A DNA stretch of 64,000 bases from Eledone cirrhosa (lineage: Eukaryota): positions 1 to 64,000 of the forward strand of contig CAXHJY010000046.1 of the NCBI GenBank assembly GCA_964016885.1, in the 5' to 3' direction. The position numbers were made by a program, and so were the translations under genes. Position 1 is the first letter of the stretch. The number at the start of each line of letters is the position of its first letter. Below the pieces are notes generated by a model that saw only the letters and a program-made list of their open reading frames with translations, searched no databases and had not been told where the DNA came from. This document shows positions 38,539 through 53,514 of this stretch, piece after piece.

Positions 38539-39883
38539 CCAGTTAAATATGAGTCTTGTCAATTATTGTACAAAAAACAATTTTGCATCCACATACATGT
38601 AGTACGCATATACACCTATATATAGATAAATAAATAAATAAATATGCGCGTGTGTGTGTTTCTATGAGTCTGTGTGTAAATGGATGGGGGCATTGCTTCA
38701 TAAATATATCTTGAATATTACGATACTTGTTGTGTGAAACAAAAGCCCATATCTATTCAAACTCTTGTGATATAGAACTTGGTATTATTTAGACAGCTTT
38801 CCTAAACAGCAATATATCTCATTAGCAACACAAATAAATGATGCTTAAATTCATTTTATTGATAGTCCAGTAATGCATTCCAATATATTTGTTCATTACA
38901 GTTACATAGATGGATACCATACATAATGATAAACCCGATCGATGTTGTCGATAGTAAAGAAATATTAAAAACTGAAATGAAAAGAAAATCGTTATAAAGT
39001 GAATCATATTTCCAGTGACTTTCATGCAAATATGTTTCTATCAAAGAAGAGATAGCGTGACTCATATCAAACCAAAGTACCAATCGAGTGAAGTGATTTC
39101 GTCAGCCAGTTTTGTATAATTAAAGCTAAACAGACGTTATGTCTGTCATTAGAAATGCCATCTAATACGACTAAATATCAAGTCTACTAGTATAGATTCA
39201 AATCTGGAACATTTCAGACAGTTCAATAAATGCGTCTGAAGTGATGTTGAGGTGTATCCGTTCCGACGAAAAAAAGGTTAAAATTACCTTCAAGTATATA
39301 ATCTCATGCACCAGTTTGATTCGTCGAGAGATGAAGAACTGGCATGTGATATAAGTCTGTAATGTTATCCTTTATCCACTGGCAGAGAACAATAGACCAG
39401 TGTAGTCTTCTTGGAACCATAAAATTGGATGTACCTAACATATACATCAACTGACCAGCCTGAATGGCATTTCCTGAAACAGTAATTATAAGTTCCTCCA
39501 AAACAAGACATGTAATTGCAATTCAGTTCTTGAAATTCCTTTATTAAAGTCTACTGATACAAGATAATTGTTATAACATGTGCAATACGGAAAGAAGCCC
39601 GAGGGAAAAGTACATAGCCAGAACGTGACTTATACTAGAGTCGTATGAAAGAGAGTAACATTTCCTGTTTATTAAGTGTGACATTTAATGCTGTATATAG
39701 AAGTAAATGATTCTTGGAATCTAGATATACGAAAGAGTTGTTTTGATATTTTTTCATTAAAATCATGCTTTATACACACACACTCACACGTACATACACT
39801 TATGTACACATACACACATATATGTGTGTGTTTGTGTATATATATATATATATATATACATACATGTATGTACATCAATGTAT

Positions 39884-39994
<111 letters not shown>

Positions 39995-40221
39995 ATGTAT
40001 GCATATATATATGTGTGTGTATGTATATATATATATGTATATATATATATAAACAATCACACACACACAAACACACACACATATATAAATATATATATAC
40101 ACTTGTGTGTTATCTATATGTGTGTGCGTGTGTGTGTGTAAACGCAAGAGGAACTATTACCTAATGAATCTTTATCACATTTAATTCAATTATGGTAAAA
40201 CACATGTTAAGAGAATATAAT

Positions 40222-40258
40222 TGTTTCTACTTTAGGCACAAGGCCAGCAATTGTTAAA
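40222..40258 (-). mobile_element. 37-bp SINE family A 3' stub
   Basis: Perfect 18-bp TSD ATGTTAAGAGAATATAAT at 40204-40221 and 40259-40276. Confidence 0.85.
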
Positions 40259-41454
40259 ATGTTAAGAGAATATAATGTATTTATGTATTATATTGGAATT
40301 GAAACGATTGAAATAACAACAAAAACAAGGTGAAATATAATAACTAAATTTCTAAGTCTGGCAGTATTTCGAGACACCTTTTGTCGATTAAATAAACTTA
40401 AACATATTAAGAAAATATAATTATCTAAGGGAAATAACCCAGGTGTGCGAACGGTATCAATTTAGATAAACCGTGTAAGATTGGATGTTCTAAAAAGTAC
40501 TCAAAATATCCTCAATTTATGGATCATACGTGTTTCTTAATTGGGGAACAAAAGAAAAACAGAGTGGTAATTGTTAGCATCCCTGAAAAATAAGAAGATA
40601 ATTTCGTTGTGGATTATATATATGGCCATTGCAACAATGTGGTTCTGGATTTAGTTCCGCACGGTGAAACTTTCGTCAACTATCTTCTACTAAAGCCTTG
40701 GTTTGGCCAGTGACTTGTACGAGGAATTCGATAGACGAAAACTGTTACAGCTCTTTATATATATATGTGAAGAAAACAAGAAAGAAAGAAACAAGAGGAT
40801 GCATTAACGTAAACTCATATTAGTTACACGCTTAAAAGAAAGAGAGCGAGTTACATTGTCAACGTATCGGCCGTTTGCCTTTCATGAGGAAAAACTGTGT
40901 TCAGAGTGTAGAAAAGGCAGAATACAATAGGAAAAGGGCAAAGAAATAAAAAATACATTGAATTTCCTCACCTTAGTGTATGTACACTTGGTCAGTTTTA
41001 CTTCTATTGTGTAATTTTATTTTGTCTTATGAACTAGATTATGTTTATTGCAATAGTTATTAAGTAAGGAAAAATTATATTTATTGCATTGTGCATCAAA
41101 TATTCTAGGAACGAAGATCCCTGTTTATAGGTGTCTGGTTTAAAGAGTTTTTCTGTTGTTTTCCTAGTTTAAGTCTGCATATTGTTGTTGAGCGGTGTTT
41201 GACATGGAAAAATTATATATATAGAAAATTATTATATATATAGAGAGAGAGATAAGCAAGTATTGCACCATGAAAAATATGAACATTGGCGAGAAAGGAA
41301 ATTAGGATATTATTTGTTTTAACATATGTTTCTATATCATAATTGTCTACATGTGCTGACTACAATATATATTGTTCAATCATATACAATACTTAATTAT
41401 TTATAACACTTCTTCAGAGAGGTTATAATTGTTTGTGGAAGTGACTATCCACCA

Positions 41455-41595
41455 TGCGGTGGAATTCAGGAATGAGAAGGCGCCTCTCCTTGCCGTTACC
41501 CGCCTCTCCTTGCCTTCTCCATGCTGTCCGCCGGCGCTGTGGGGAGGCCACCAATATGATTGACTAACTTGTCATTTTATCAGTCAGATGTCAAG
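41455..41595 (+). mobile_element. CRE-clade 3' end stub
   Basis: GCCTTCTCCATGCTGTCCGCCGGCGCTGTGGGGAGGCCACCAATATGATTGACT matches the 38100-38170 terminus. Confidence 0.7.
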
Positions 41596-42159
41596 TAGGT
41601 AGATAGGTACTAGACTAATACATTTTTATCGACCTCGAAAGGATCATATATGAATTAAGTAGGTTTTTTTGACGAGCCTTAATCCTTCTCTTCCTGTAGA
41701 TTTTGTGATTGATGAAGACCCTTTGTTTGTTTAGTATAAAAATGGTATTTACGTTTAAGAAAAATATAAAACAAGAATAAATGAAAATGACAATAAATTA
41801 GAAGAAAATGAAATACAGTAAGTTACTGTGATAGTAGAGATAGTTAGGAGGAGATGGGGGTAAAGAGTTTCACATTATCAATCTGTGTGCTGTGAGGTGG
41901 AGCAATTATCCAGGGTATGGGTGAAGGGTTCAATGTTTGCCATATATAGTGGAGAGGGTATAAAGAGAAGGACAGAATAGGATAGTGTGGAGAAGGAGGA
42001 AAATGAATTAAGAAATTGAGAATGTTTTGAAAATTATTGAATTCTTTGGGTGAGTGTGAAAAGTTCAAATGTCACAGGAAATGTACTAAATAGGATGTAG
42101 TAAAATATAAGTATTAGAGATCGAATCTTGTTCTAGTCCATGTTCATATATAAATACAA

Positions 42160-42276
<117 letters not shown>

Positions 42277-42454
42277 CGTGTATGTGTGCGTGTGTGTTAG
42301 TGTAAAATCTACTGTACAAACTATCTGAGCGTTGGATAAATTGAAATTCATTTAGAAAATGTAGGAATACCAAGCGAAGAAAATAAGTGTAACAACAGTC
42401 GATTGGTGTACATTATAGCTTAGAACATCATTTAAAATTCAAGTATCGATATTG

Positions 42455-42712
42455 GACCATCGTTGTTTCCGTGATGAGTGTTCTAGTTAATGCGATCAGC
42501 AGGACAGCCTGCTTTTGACGTGCGACTCAGTATTCTACAGACTATGGTACACTTTGGGTAGTCGGCAGTAATATTCGGCTTGATGCCGAGGGTGACAAGG
42601 CTGGTCCTTTAAGATATATGTACAACTTCATTTTTGCCAGCTAAGTGAACAGTTGCAGCAATTATACGATTATGAGACCACCACCCTAACCACTAAGCCC
42701 TGTGGCCACACA
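42455..42712 (-). mobile_element. Degenerate SINE family B
   Basis: Homology to 37650-37943; ..CCCTAACCACTAAGCC head. Confidence 0.55.
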
Positions 42713-42721
42713 TTTAAATAT

Positions 42722-42939
42722 AATGACTTCAGATTTAGGCAAAAGGACAGCAATTTTTGGGGAGGGGAGAGTCGATTAAATCGGCACCAGTGTGTGGCTG
42801 GTACTTTATTTTATCGACCCGTAAGCATGAAAGGCAAAGCTAACTTCGGCAGGATCTGAACACATAATGTAAAGGGCCGTAACTCTATGTCACGGAGTAG
42901 CATGTCCGACGCTCTACCGATACTGCCAATATACCGCCC
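42722..42939 (-). mobile_element. SINE family A (longer subfamily)
   Basis: Core motif plus GGGGAGAGTCGATTAAATCG segment shared with 63127-63345. Confidence 0.8.
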
Positions 42940-44019
42940 TCTTAAATGCAATATGGTGCGATTTATTGAAGATTTAACTGTTGCTAGTTCCAGCAGGTCA
43001 AGCGACTCCCTTGCTGCACCATTCCCGTGAACTTATGTTGTTTTGATTCCCTCTCAGTGCAAGGTATTTAAAACCTTGTCCATAGCTGGCAGGGAAACAA
43101 TTTTTCCAGAATCTGATGACTTCTAATTGAAAGAATATATGGGTCGAGAAAAGGGAAGGAATGGGCTGATATCCATACACGTTTACAATGATAAACTAAT
43201 AGAGAGCCAATTATGATATAGGAATTGTTGACATGGTGTCCATTTACTGCTGTCAGCTCTCACAGCATGGCTGTTGTTGGGAAATATACTCATGCAAGAG
43301 TAACGTTATCAACAGGGCATTGTACAGGTTATTGTTTCTTCTTTTTTTGTCTGTTCGCAACACTGATAGAATCAGTCTGAAAATCACATTAACTATTTCT
43401 AACATTCAATAATGAATTCTAACAGTTTCACCATTAACGACATTAATGTTTACAACATTTAACAATTACAAAATCTGACTATTTCATAGGATTTTGTTTC
43501 CGCTTCCTGGATAGTTGCTGTTAAAGAAAGATGAGACACATGACAGCTTTCCGGTGAAACACTATTGCTTAATAAGATCACTGTATTTGTTTATTCATTT
43601 ATTTATTAACTTCATATTGCTATAAAATAATAAAAAGCACGCGAAAAACTGTCACTTTTGGTCGTATTGCTGCTGTTGTTATTTAATTCTGTTTGGAAGA
43701 CACTATTGGAAGAAAGATCTGAAAGAGAAAAAAGATGCATTATCTGAAACAATTATACTATTGATAAAAGATGACAATTGAAACTGATTAAACAAGGTAC
43801 ATGTCATTATGTCTTGAATAAAGAACAACAAAAAATAAAACAAAGTATTGATAATAAATACATACTAAACATGATAAAGTGAATTATTCTGTTTAGTTAC
43901 ATTCTACGTTGGGAGAAATTAGTTCAAGATTTAGTGTTATCTGGAACCAAAAGAAGCTAGTACATATTAGGCTACACACATACACTCCATACACACATAC
44001 ACACACACATACACCCCAT

Positions 44020-44088
<69 letters not shown>

Positions 44089-44545
44089 CACATATATATT
44101 ATATCTTTAAGTATGAAATATCCGATTACATTATGTATTCAGTAGTTGTAATCGGACATTTTATACTTAAAATGATCTGATATATACATATATTTTTTAA
44201 GTAAAACCCGCAGAGGCCAACTTTACGTCGTTTCATCCACCGTTTGTCACAGCTAGAGCCAACAGTTATATATATATAGTGAAAAAGTGAAGAATAACAT
44301 GGTCGGCTGTACAAAAAGGGTTTTATTTACAGTATTAACAATTGTTTCATTGATCAAGTGAATCTAAAGGCCGGTGAACACTCGAAGTTGCGTCACTCGC
44401 TCTGAAATACAGTGTGTATCTCAAATCATCGGAATACTAAGGAAACCTCTTGTTGAGTCAAACAACGCCGTACGTTAAAACTATCCGTAGTACAGAGTAC
44501 TCACAACCTCTAACTGGATTACCTAAAAATATAACTTGTTATCCC

Positions 44546-44613
<68 letters not shown>

Positions 44614-44949
44614 AGAAATAAACACAATAAGTTGTGTGTCTAAAATTACGAGGGTAGAAAAACCACATTGGTTTGATAGATTTAACCTGAAGCATACGTA
44701 AGATATATAATATATATACAGACCGTATCAATAACTATTTCATCTCTCGGACAGATTAGAGATTTAATCTATTTCGCCCTGAAAATTGTGTTTGCAACAG
44801 ATAATCCGTGTAGGCTTTCCTCAGCGAGAGATAAGATCAAATGGAACAAACACATGTAACTACAATCCACACGAATGGATATTTCACCTCGTGCGTTGGA
44901 CGTTAGAAGTGGTGTGAGTGGATATGAGTTAGTAACTCTGTATTTTGTT

Positions 44950-44992
<43 letters not shown>

Positions 44993-45010
44993 CTCCAAGT
45001 TACACTTCCT

Positions 45011-45072
<62 letters not shown>

Positions 45073-45119
45073 CTGTCCAAAGCTCGGAGGTCCATTAGTG
45101 AGAAGCTTATTCTGGTGTC

Positions 45120-45335
45120 ATTGGAGTTAAGCGACCGAGGGTACAATACGTTCACATAGAATGGAAGTCAGTGAAAAGATAGGGTTAAACCCTCAGCCAC
45201 GATTGGAACTTATTTTCACCTGAGTATACTAGAGAAACGAGAAATTAAATGTTTTGCTCAAGATCACAACCTGGGAAGCGATCCTAGGACACTATGATAG
45301 TGCGCCCAACACCCGAACCACTAGACCACGCGCTT
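45120..45335 (-). mobile_element. Degenerate SINE family B
   Basis: ..GAAATTAAATGTTTTGCTCAAG..CCGAACCACTAGACCACGCGC. Confidence 0.55.
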
Positions 45336-45633
45336 TCATGCTAGTGGTTTTGTGATGGCAGTATTACTTGATTATTAGCGTCAGAGAAATACGTATTACG
45401 GAAAAACATGAATAAAATTAATGATGAATATCTGGCCTTTGCAATTATCGCCATGATATTTATATGTAAATATTTATAAATTTTGAGTATATGTTGGTTG
45501 TTTACCGACACCTCAGTATGCAGATTGGAGCACTCGACGTAGTACGCAGGTTGGTTTGTTTACTCCGGAGTAATGTAAAATAATTAAGTCAAATATGTAA
45601 AATTTGGCTTCGTTTATTACAAATTATAGAAAT

Positions 45634-45688
45634 ACTGCTATATATATTTCGGTGACAGCCATCATTGGCTGTGACCTCTTCAGGCAGT
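45634..45688 (-). ncRNA. Type I hammerhead ribozyme motif
   Basis: ACTGC-CTGAAGA-GGTCACAGCCA/ATGA/TGGCTGTCACC-GAAATATATATA-GCAGT: 5-bp helix I, long helix II, AUA triplet. Confidence 0.8.
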
Positions 45689-45810
45689 CCGAATTGGTGT
45701 AGGAAAGACAGGTACACATGTTGTTGAAGTGTGTTTTACTCCGTCAATCCATCGATATGTCCAGCTCCTGGTAGTGTTGTTATTTCTCTGAGGAACTGGA
45801 ATCATATTTT

Positions 45811-46032
<222 letters not shown>

Positions 46033-46102
46033 TTAATATAAAAATGGCTTCTGTTTCATTTCATTCAGAAGAAATAATCTGGAAAGCATATATACTACTA
46101 AC

Positions 46103-46177
46103 ACTACCACCACTACCACTACCACCACCATCACCACCACCACCACCACCACCACCACCACCACCACCACCACCACC

Positions 46178-46247
<70 letters not shown>
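46103..46247. repeat. (ACC)n(ACT)n microsatellite
   Basis: Direct reading. Confidence 0.95.
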
Positions 46248-46399
46248 TTGAACCAAATATAATATAGAGATACTTATAAAATCATGTTGAACCTTGAATA
46301 ATATTGTTAAAACATAAACAGTAATTAATTTCTGCTATACCTTCTGCTCAACCCTTAGCTTCATTAATCAAGGCTGCAACATTTTTCATAGGATTTACA

Positions 46400-46665
46400 A
46401 TTATTTTTCCATTAGATTCCCAAGGAAATATTGACAACACATGCACACACAAATGTCTACACGTTTACCCATACAATGATTAAGCAATTGAGACAATGAT
46501 AAAGCAATTGAGACTGCAGTGAAGGTCACTGCAGATGAAACAACGTTGGCCTTCTTTGAAGTAGGTGATGTGATGAGGAGTGTTTCCACTGCATGAATTG
46601 TCTCTTTGTCTCTGGTGTTCAAGGAGACCAGTTTGATCTGCCTCAAATAATGTCAGATTTTCCAT
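46400..46665 (-). mobile_element. Mariner transposase remnant
   Basis: ENLTLFEAD.., PETKRQFMQWKHSS..PTSKKANVVSSA (mariner PETKxQSxQW..PKK..SAGKVM region). Confidence 0.7.
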
Positions 46666-46756
46666 ATATATATATATATATATGAAAATTCTCAGGACCC
46701 CGACGGCTGAACTCCGGCCGTTTCGATGAAAATGTTATAGGCTAATTATAACTAGT

Positions 46757-46872
46757 GGAGACACGTGGGCCAGTGGTAAGAGTGTTGGACTTACGATCAT
46801 AACGTCGTGGGTTTGATTCCTGGGCTGCGTGTTGTGTTCTTGAGCAAAACACTTCATTTCACATTGCTCCAG
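46757..46872 (+). mobile_element. SINE family B, 5' part
   Basis: TGGGCCAGTGGTAAGAG (A box), GGTTTGATTCC (B box), TTGAGCAAAACACTTCATTTCACATTGCTCCAG. Confidence 0.75.
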
Positions 46873-47288
46873 CTTTTCTGAAGACGGTGGGTAGGGAAGA
46901 CATTTGTATATTTTCTTACTTTGATAATTTGTAATATATTTTACATAGATTACTAATAGAATGAACATATGGAGAACTATTCCCCAGAAACGATCGTAAA
47001 ATAATGAGGTTTACTGTGAATTGCCCGTATTTTTTTAAATTTCATTGTTTTCACAATTTGTATTATTTTGACTCTGCTTCTAATGAATTATATCGGTGAA
47101 ATTTTGTATTTTAAACTTTGCTTCATGACATCTTCTACATACGGATTACATTGAGTTCTTCATACGGCTTGGACCCTACGATTAATTGTTGGATTTATCT
47201 GTGTTTATATATATATATATATATTCAATTCAATTCAATATATTTGGCAGAAAATAAAACATAGATGCTTCAGATGCCATGTAAGGAG

Positions 47289-47327
<39 letters not shown>

Positions 47328-49339
47328 TGTGTGCGCGTGTGTGTGTGTGTGTTTAATGGTTCCATTTGTTTAACTCATGTCTCCCGAATGAAACAGTTAT
47401 AGTCCTGTAGAAGCAATTTCTATATTACATGTTTATACTTTGCTATGTATTGAGTACCTTACTTACTGTGGTTACCCCCGATTGAACGTTGGATAAACAT
47501 ATATATATATACATATATAAAGAGAGGGGGGAGATAGGGTTGAAGGAGAGAGAGTTTACCAATCAAAAGGTAAATGAATAAAAATTAGGACTTAAAAATA
47601 AATTAAATATTGCTATATTAATTTTTTCTTCTTTTCTATCTGTAGTAAACTGATATGTTTTCTTCAAACATAAGAAGTGTAGTATTACTGCGTAAATATT
47701 TTCTGTATGCAACATTCTGACAAAATATATGCAATAAATACGACTTACATCAATGTCAATTGCACGAAGACTTCCAAAATACTTTTATTATTCAGGAATG
47801 TGTTGAGGATTCTAAACATAAATACCATTATCACAGTTATTTTCTTTTCAAAACACTTTCTTTGAGGATATGGAATCATTCTTTGACAGATTCCAATATC
47901 ATATGCTTAAAACACTGACATTATATTTTATTTAAGTCTTAAATTATTTCAATAATTGTTTTCATAATTCTAGATATTATTTGACAACATTTTTAGAAAG
48001 GGAAGATACAAAACTACAAAGATATTTTGACAAGTAAAGTATCATTACAGCAACACGATATTTGGTGATTTTATTTATCTATATAAGAAAATCACAATTA
48101 TTAATGTTACTATACGACGATATAGAACTGATTGGATACTAAATAATAGTGACAGACCTCTACATTAGATAACGCTTCTGGGAAGAGTAAGTTTTCAGTG
48201 ATTGTATAACCGTATAATCCTTTTTTTTAAGAAAGACATAGTGACACTTACTTCTAGTTGATTCGAAGTGATTATCTATTAATTCAGAGTTCTGGCATGA
48301 GTACCATTTAAAAGAAGTTCTAAAAGGTATTTGCATGAACTTCGCAAACAAAAGAAATTCTGATAATCTATGTAGCAACATAGAAAATATTTCCTTTCTT
48401 TTGTGCATCCAAGTCACCATGTTTATTTATTTTTTTTTTTTAAGGTTTAGTAATAGATAATTTTTAAAATGTATTATTGGTGATTGGTGTTAATATATAT
48501 TATTGTTTATAGTAATACCACTGTATTGTCTAGTTATATATGCAAGAGAATGTGATATATATACTATTTATATACTCAATGTTGTAGGTAATAAAGCTAA
48601 AGTGCTTAATATAATTACAATTGATAGTCAGAGATATTAAATCCGAACTATTTAGAATTTTTAATGAGAAATTTTATTTCCTACAAATTAGAAAATGATC
48701 TGTTGTGATAGATAGTTACGAGAACAACTAATACTTAATATGACAGAACCGCATATTCTTGTTTGGATCACTGTTTCTAAAAACTAGATTACCATAACCT
48801 TACCTATTTCGGAGCAATTTCTGCTCTGTCAAATATGTTATTTCTGGAGCTATTTCTAACCTGTGTTAACGCTGCATGGCCGAATGGTTAATAACATACG
48901 GTTTAATGTTAAATCAAACTGAACGGCATCTTTGGAAAAGATAAGGTACCATATCCACCAATTTGTTTATTATTTTCAGGAGCTAGTTAATGATAGAATA
49001 ACTGAAACCGGCTTTATCGTATCCGATGGATGTCTACTCTAGTAATATTAACCCACATATCTATAAGTCTATAGTATGTTCACTAATTAATCGTATTAGT
49101 CACCAACAGAAAATGTAGAAAAAATACATAACACCGCACAGACCACATGAATTGTTTAATTGTAAGTAATAGTAACTTTTTGTAATTTAGTCAAATTAAA
49201 AGTGATGAGATGAATGGTAAGGTCCCGTAACACCTGATAGAGTCGTAGGGACGCCATATTGACATACGGCGTTTCTTGGGCATTATAAGCTTGGCGGAGC
49301 CCATCCCTCTACAGGCCTAAGTACAACAGATTTCTTCCA

Positions 49340-49495
49340 GAGAGAGGAAGAATCGACCCCCAGTACTAGACTGGTACTTTAGTTATCGATCTTGAAAGGA
49401 TGAAAGGTAAATTTGACCTCGGCGGGATTTGAACTCAGAGAGACGGAACAAATACAATAGAGCATTCTATCCGACATACTAACGACGCCGCCAAT
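49340..49495 (-). mobile_element. SINE family A (older)
   Basis: GAAAGGATGAAAGGTAAATTTGACCTCGGCGGGATTTGAACTCAG. Confidence 0.75.
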
Positions 49496-50382
49496 AAGAT
49501 GAGCGGGCTGGATTTGTTTCAATTTCTCTAGATTTACGTCTGTTGGAAAACACGTGGGATTTGGGAAGTAAAATACAATAAGGATGATGAAAGAAGCTGT
49601 ATTCCCGAAATATGTCTCATCGCAAATCAGAGGAGTAGGGTTGAAGAAACAATTTAAGTAGCAGTAGAAGAGGTCGATAGGGTAAAAAGAGTGTCTTTAG
49701 GCCAGTAGTTGTAGCGTACGTCGGGCTTTTGCCATTCAACGAAAAGATCCTCTTTTTAATGCAGTCTTATGATGACTTAGAATGGCTGAATTTCAGCGTT
49801 AAATGGATAGATAAATTAACCGAACGAGTGTGACTTCAACTCAGCTGGACTATATTCAGTTTTGTTGCAGTTTTGTGTCAAATTCATACAAGATTTCTTC
49901 AAATCGTTCAACTGCTAGACTAACATGTACTGCATATATAAAGTCTGCATAAAAGTACATTCGTCAAATATTTGACACAAGGCGAAATGCCCGCTAATTA
50001 GATCGACGTTGCAATAATTCCGTTAAGAGATATAAATCCATTAGTATTTTTGAGTGAGGTTAGTAATATATTGATGAAGCAGCATCGTTCTTTACTTGGG
50101 ACAGTGTGCTGTAGTGAAATAGTGCAGCAGTACCGAAAGGTGTCTTTCATAGATTTACGTCAGAAATAATCTTGAGAAACATAAATGTCACACGATTATA
50201 TTCATATTCCTGAAATAATTGAAAGCCGCTTATATGCATTGAAAGATCGGAGAATGATGCTAGTAACTTAGAAGGGTGTGCTATGATTGACCGAAGAAGA
50301 ATAACTTAATAATAATGCATTATATGTGCAAAAGAAATATAAGAGTCAAGCTAAGTTTATAATATATTGCGAAAGCGCTACG

Positions 50383-50428
<46 letters not shown>

Positions 50429-50779
50429 GGAAAGGAATGAGAGAGAGAAGAGGAGAGTCAGAGATGAGGAAAGATAGAAATCACGGTGTTAATAATTACA
50501 TATTGTGAGAATATTTGATGTATTAACCGTTTATTGGTTTCAGAGAATCGGTTGTGGCCATTCTGGAGCATAGCCATGTCAACTTGGAGAAATGGCATAA
50601 ATTAGTAATAAAGCTGAACTCAATATAACAGGCGGACAAGGAATTACTGGTGGTAAGGAAATCTGAATATTTAACGACGATGTTACATCGACGATAGTGG
50701 AAACATGTCATATTTCACACACTTTCTGCTATTTCTACCATTGCAATGATAGTCATAAAATCGATGTCATAATGAAAAC

Positions 50780-50859
<80 letters not shown>

Positions 50860-51316
50860 CATATGCGTATATAACACAACTACATAACATAAAGCTATGT
50901 ATTTTCATACATAGACTAAACATGTGTATAGTATAATACGTAATATATCACCAATATATATTTGTTATCAGATCTTGTATTAGCATACATCCAGTCTCTG
51001 CGCTTCGATGAACTTTTGACACAGTAATACTGATGAGAGAAAAGAAGTCGGCTTTCATATGTTAATACGAAGATATATAGTGTTATGCTCATGCATACAA
51101 CAAAATGAACACACATATATACTCTGTACACATATGTATAACTATTTATTTATTATTCTATCTGAATATATATCTGGATATAGATATAACGTACATACGT
51201 ACATACAAATGTCCCTACACACATACATGTATATATATGATGTCTGTCCCCTCGTTATCGAGTATGGCCATTGCACGATATACCATTATTAATAATTATT
51301 AATTAATTCTATCGTG

Positions 51317-51575
51317 CAATGCCTGTGCATGAAGATGTTTTTTAAAGTGAGGAAAGACTGTGCACTGAGCCAATCCCACTCTCTCAACGACAGTAGCTAT
51401 AACCTGAAAAGAAGAAAAGATCAACATCATCGGTAACTATTGAGCCGTAGGTTTTATATCGGAGTTATCCCAGTTTCCTGAGTTGCCTTCTTTTAGAAGA
51501 ATGCCCTGACAAACTCTAGGGGTCCTTCACTCCCAGTGGTTTAACCGCGCGATCCGGTATCCAGCCCCACTATTT
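51317..51575 (-). mobile_element. RTE 5'UTR-like fragment
   Basis: Homologous to 36907-37110. Confidence 0.6.
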
Positions 51576-51776
51576 CTATATCCCCGCGCACATGTATATA
51601 TACATACATACACACACATACATACAAACGTGCCTACCCACATACATGTGTATATATACATACATACACATATACATACATATAAACGTACCTACACACA
51701 TACATGCACACACACACACACACATACATACATATATAGAAACAAACATGCATACACACATACATACATGCATCTA

Positions 51777-52103
<327 letters not shown>

Positions 52104-53339
52104 CTACATACATACATATATACACGCATACATACATACAAACGTCCCTACACACATACATGTATACATACGCAAAGAGCGCAGATCCCTAATTCATAGT
52201 CTACAAATGGCTGCGATAGCTGGCACCTTCAAAATTTGCAAAACATTCTTGCGATTCAAGGGATGACAATTTCTTTTCTTTTACAACCTTGCCACCAGGA
52301 ATGTGGCCGGTCAAAAAAATATACACGAAATTAAGAGAAAAGATAACATACACAGACACATACATACATATATACAGACATACATACAAGGCAAATTTAA
52401 CGTAGATATAGCCTCAGATTTGGATTAGAAACATTCGCAGTAGAATGAATGCAGTGGGAATACTATTCTTATGCTCACAAAAAGCATGCCTATGATTTTG
52501 TATACAGAAGAATATAGAATATAGTTGAAATTGTCAGTATAATATGCATGGCGAGCATATGTTTGGCAACGTGATTTTGTAAATAATAAAGATTCATGCA
52601 AGAACACAAGAAGATTTAGCGTAAACTTTATTAGACAAAACTACAGTGTTTGTATTAGAAGCCTTTACCGGGTAAAGAATTATGTGGTACAAACCTCTTT
52701 ATTCCACCGTACACATAAAATCATGACATTACTTTCATGCAATTTTGAGATTGCCAAACGTATGTGATTGGCCATTTCACCCATATATTATATACTAATC
52801 GACATATATATCATTGATGCCGTAAGATTCCGCTTTATACAGAATTTAATGAGGAGAGAAATATCTCTCAAATGCCTAAACAAAAATAATCTAATAGATT
52901 ATCTAAATTTGGAATACATGTTCTTCATTAAATGCTGACATTTCCACAACTTCTCTTATTAGATGGAAGCTATAAACAACTATATTAAACAAATATTTAT
53001 ATTTTCACTTTTTCTTGCTCTGGAAATGTCTATCATGAGAGGGTTAAACCTGAGACGCCAGCCCTTTAACTAATTCTAGTCATAAGTAGCTAACAAACAC
53101 CACCGCTGGCTATGATGTTCTACAACACTCTTTAATTTACCGTTTCCATACATACAGAACAAACAACCCACACATAATTATGCTCCAAAAAAGTGACTTC
53201 TGTCCTTTATGTCAATGTACATATGGTCTGATGTACTTCATAAGAATTCAGCGCTGTCTGCCACCTAATATAGATAGACATAATATTATACCAGTTAGTA
53301 TAATATCAATAGCTTTAATCTTCGAGTAGCGTGCGTATA

Positions 53340-53445
<106 letters not shown>

Positions 53446-53514
53446 TATATATATATATTTAGTTTCTGAATTTGTTTAGCAAGATTCTTTATCTGAAAAC
53501 GTGTGTTGAAACCG

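Noticed and set aside
39287-39475. Exon-like segment on minus with AG/GT boundaries
   Set aside because: Stops in all three frames before the donor; peptide not recognisable
43000-43200. Possible LINE APE remnant on minus (IIVNVY.., REW)
   Set aside because: Too degenerate to assign
48160-48420. 86-aa minus-strand ORF containing a GTAAGT donor-like site
   Set aside because: No recognisable domain; compatible with chance in AT-rich DNA
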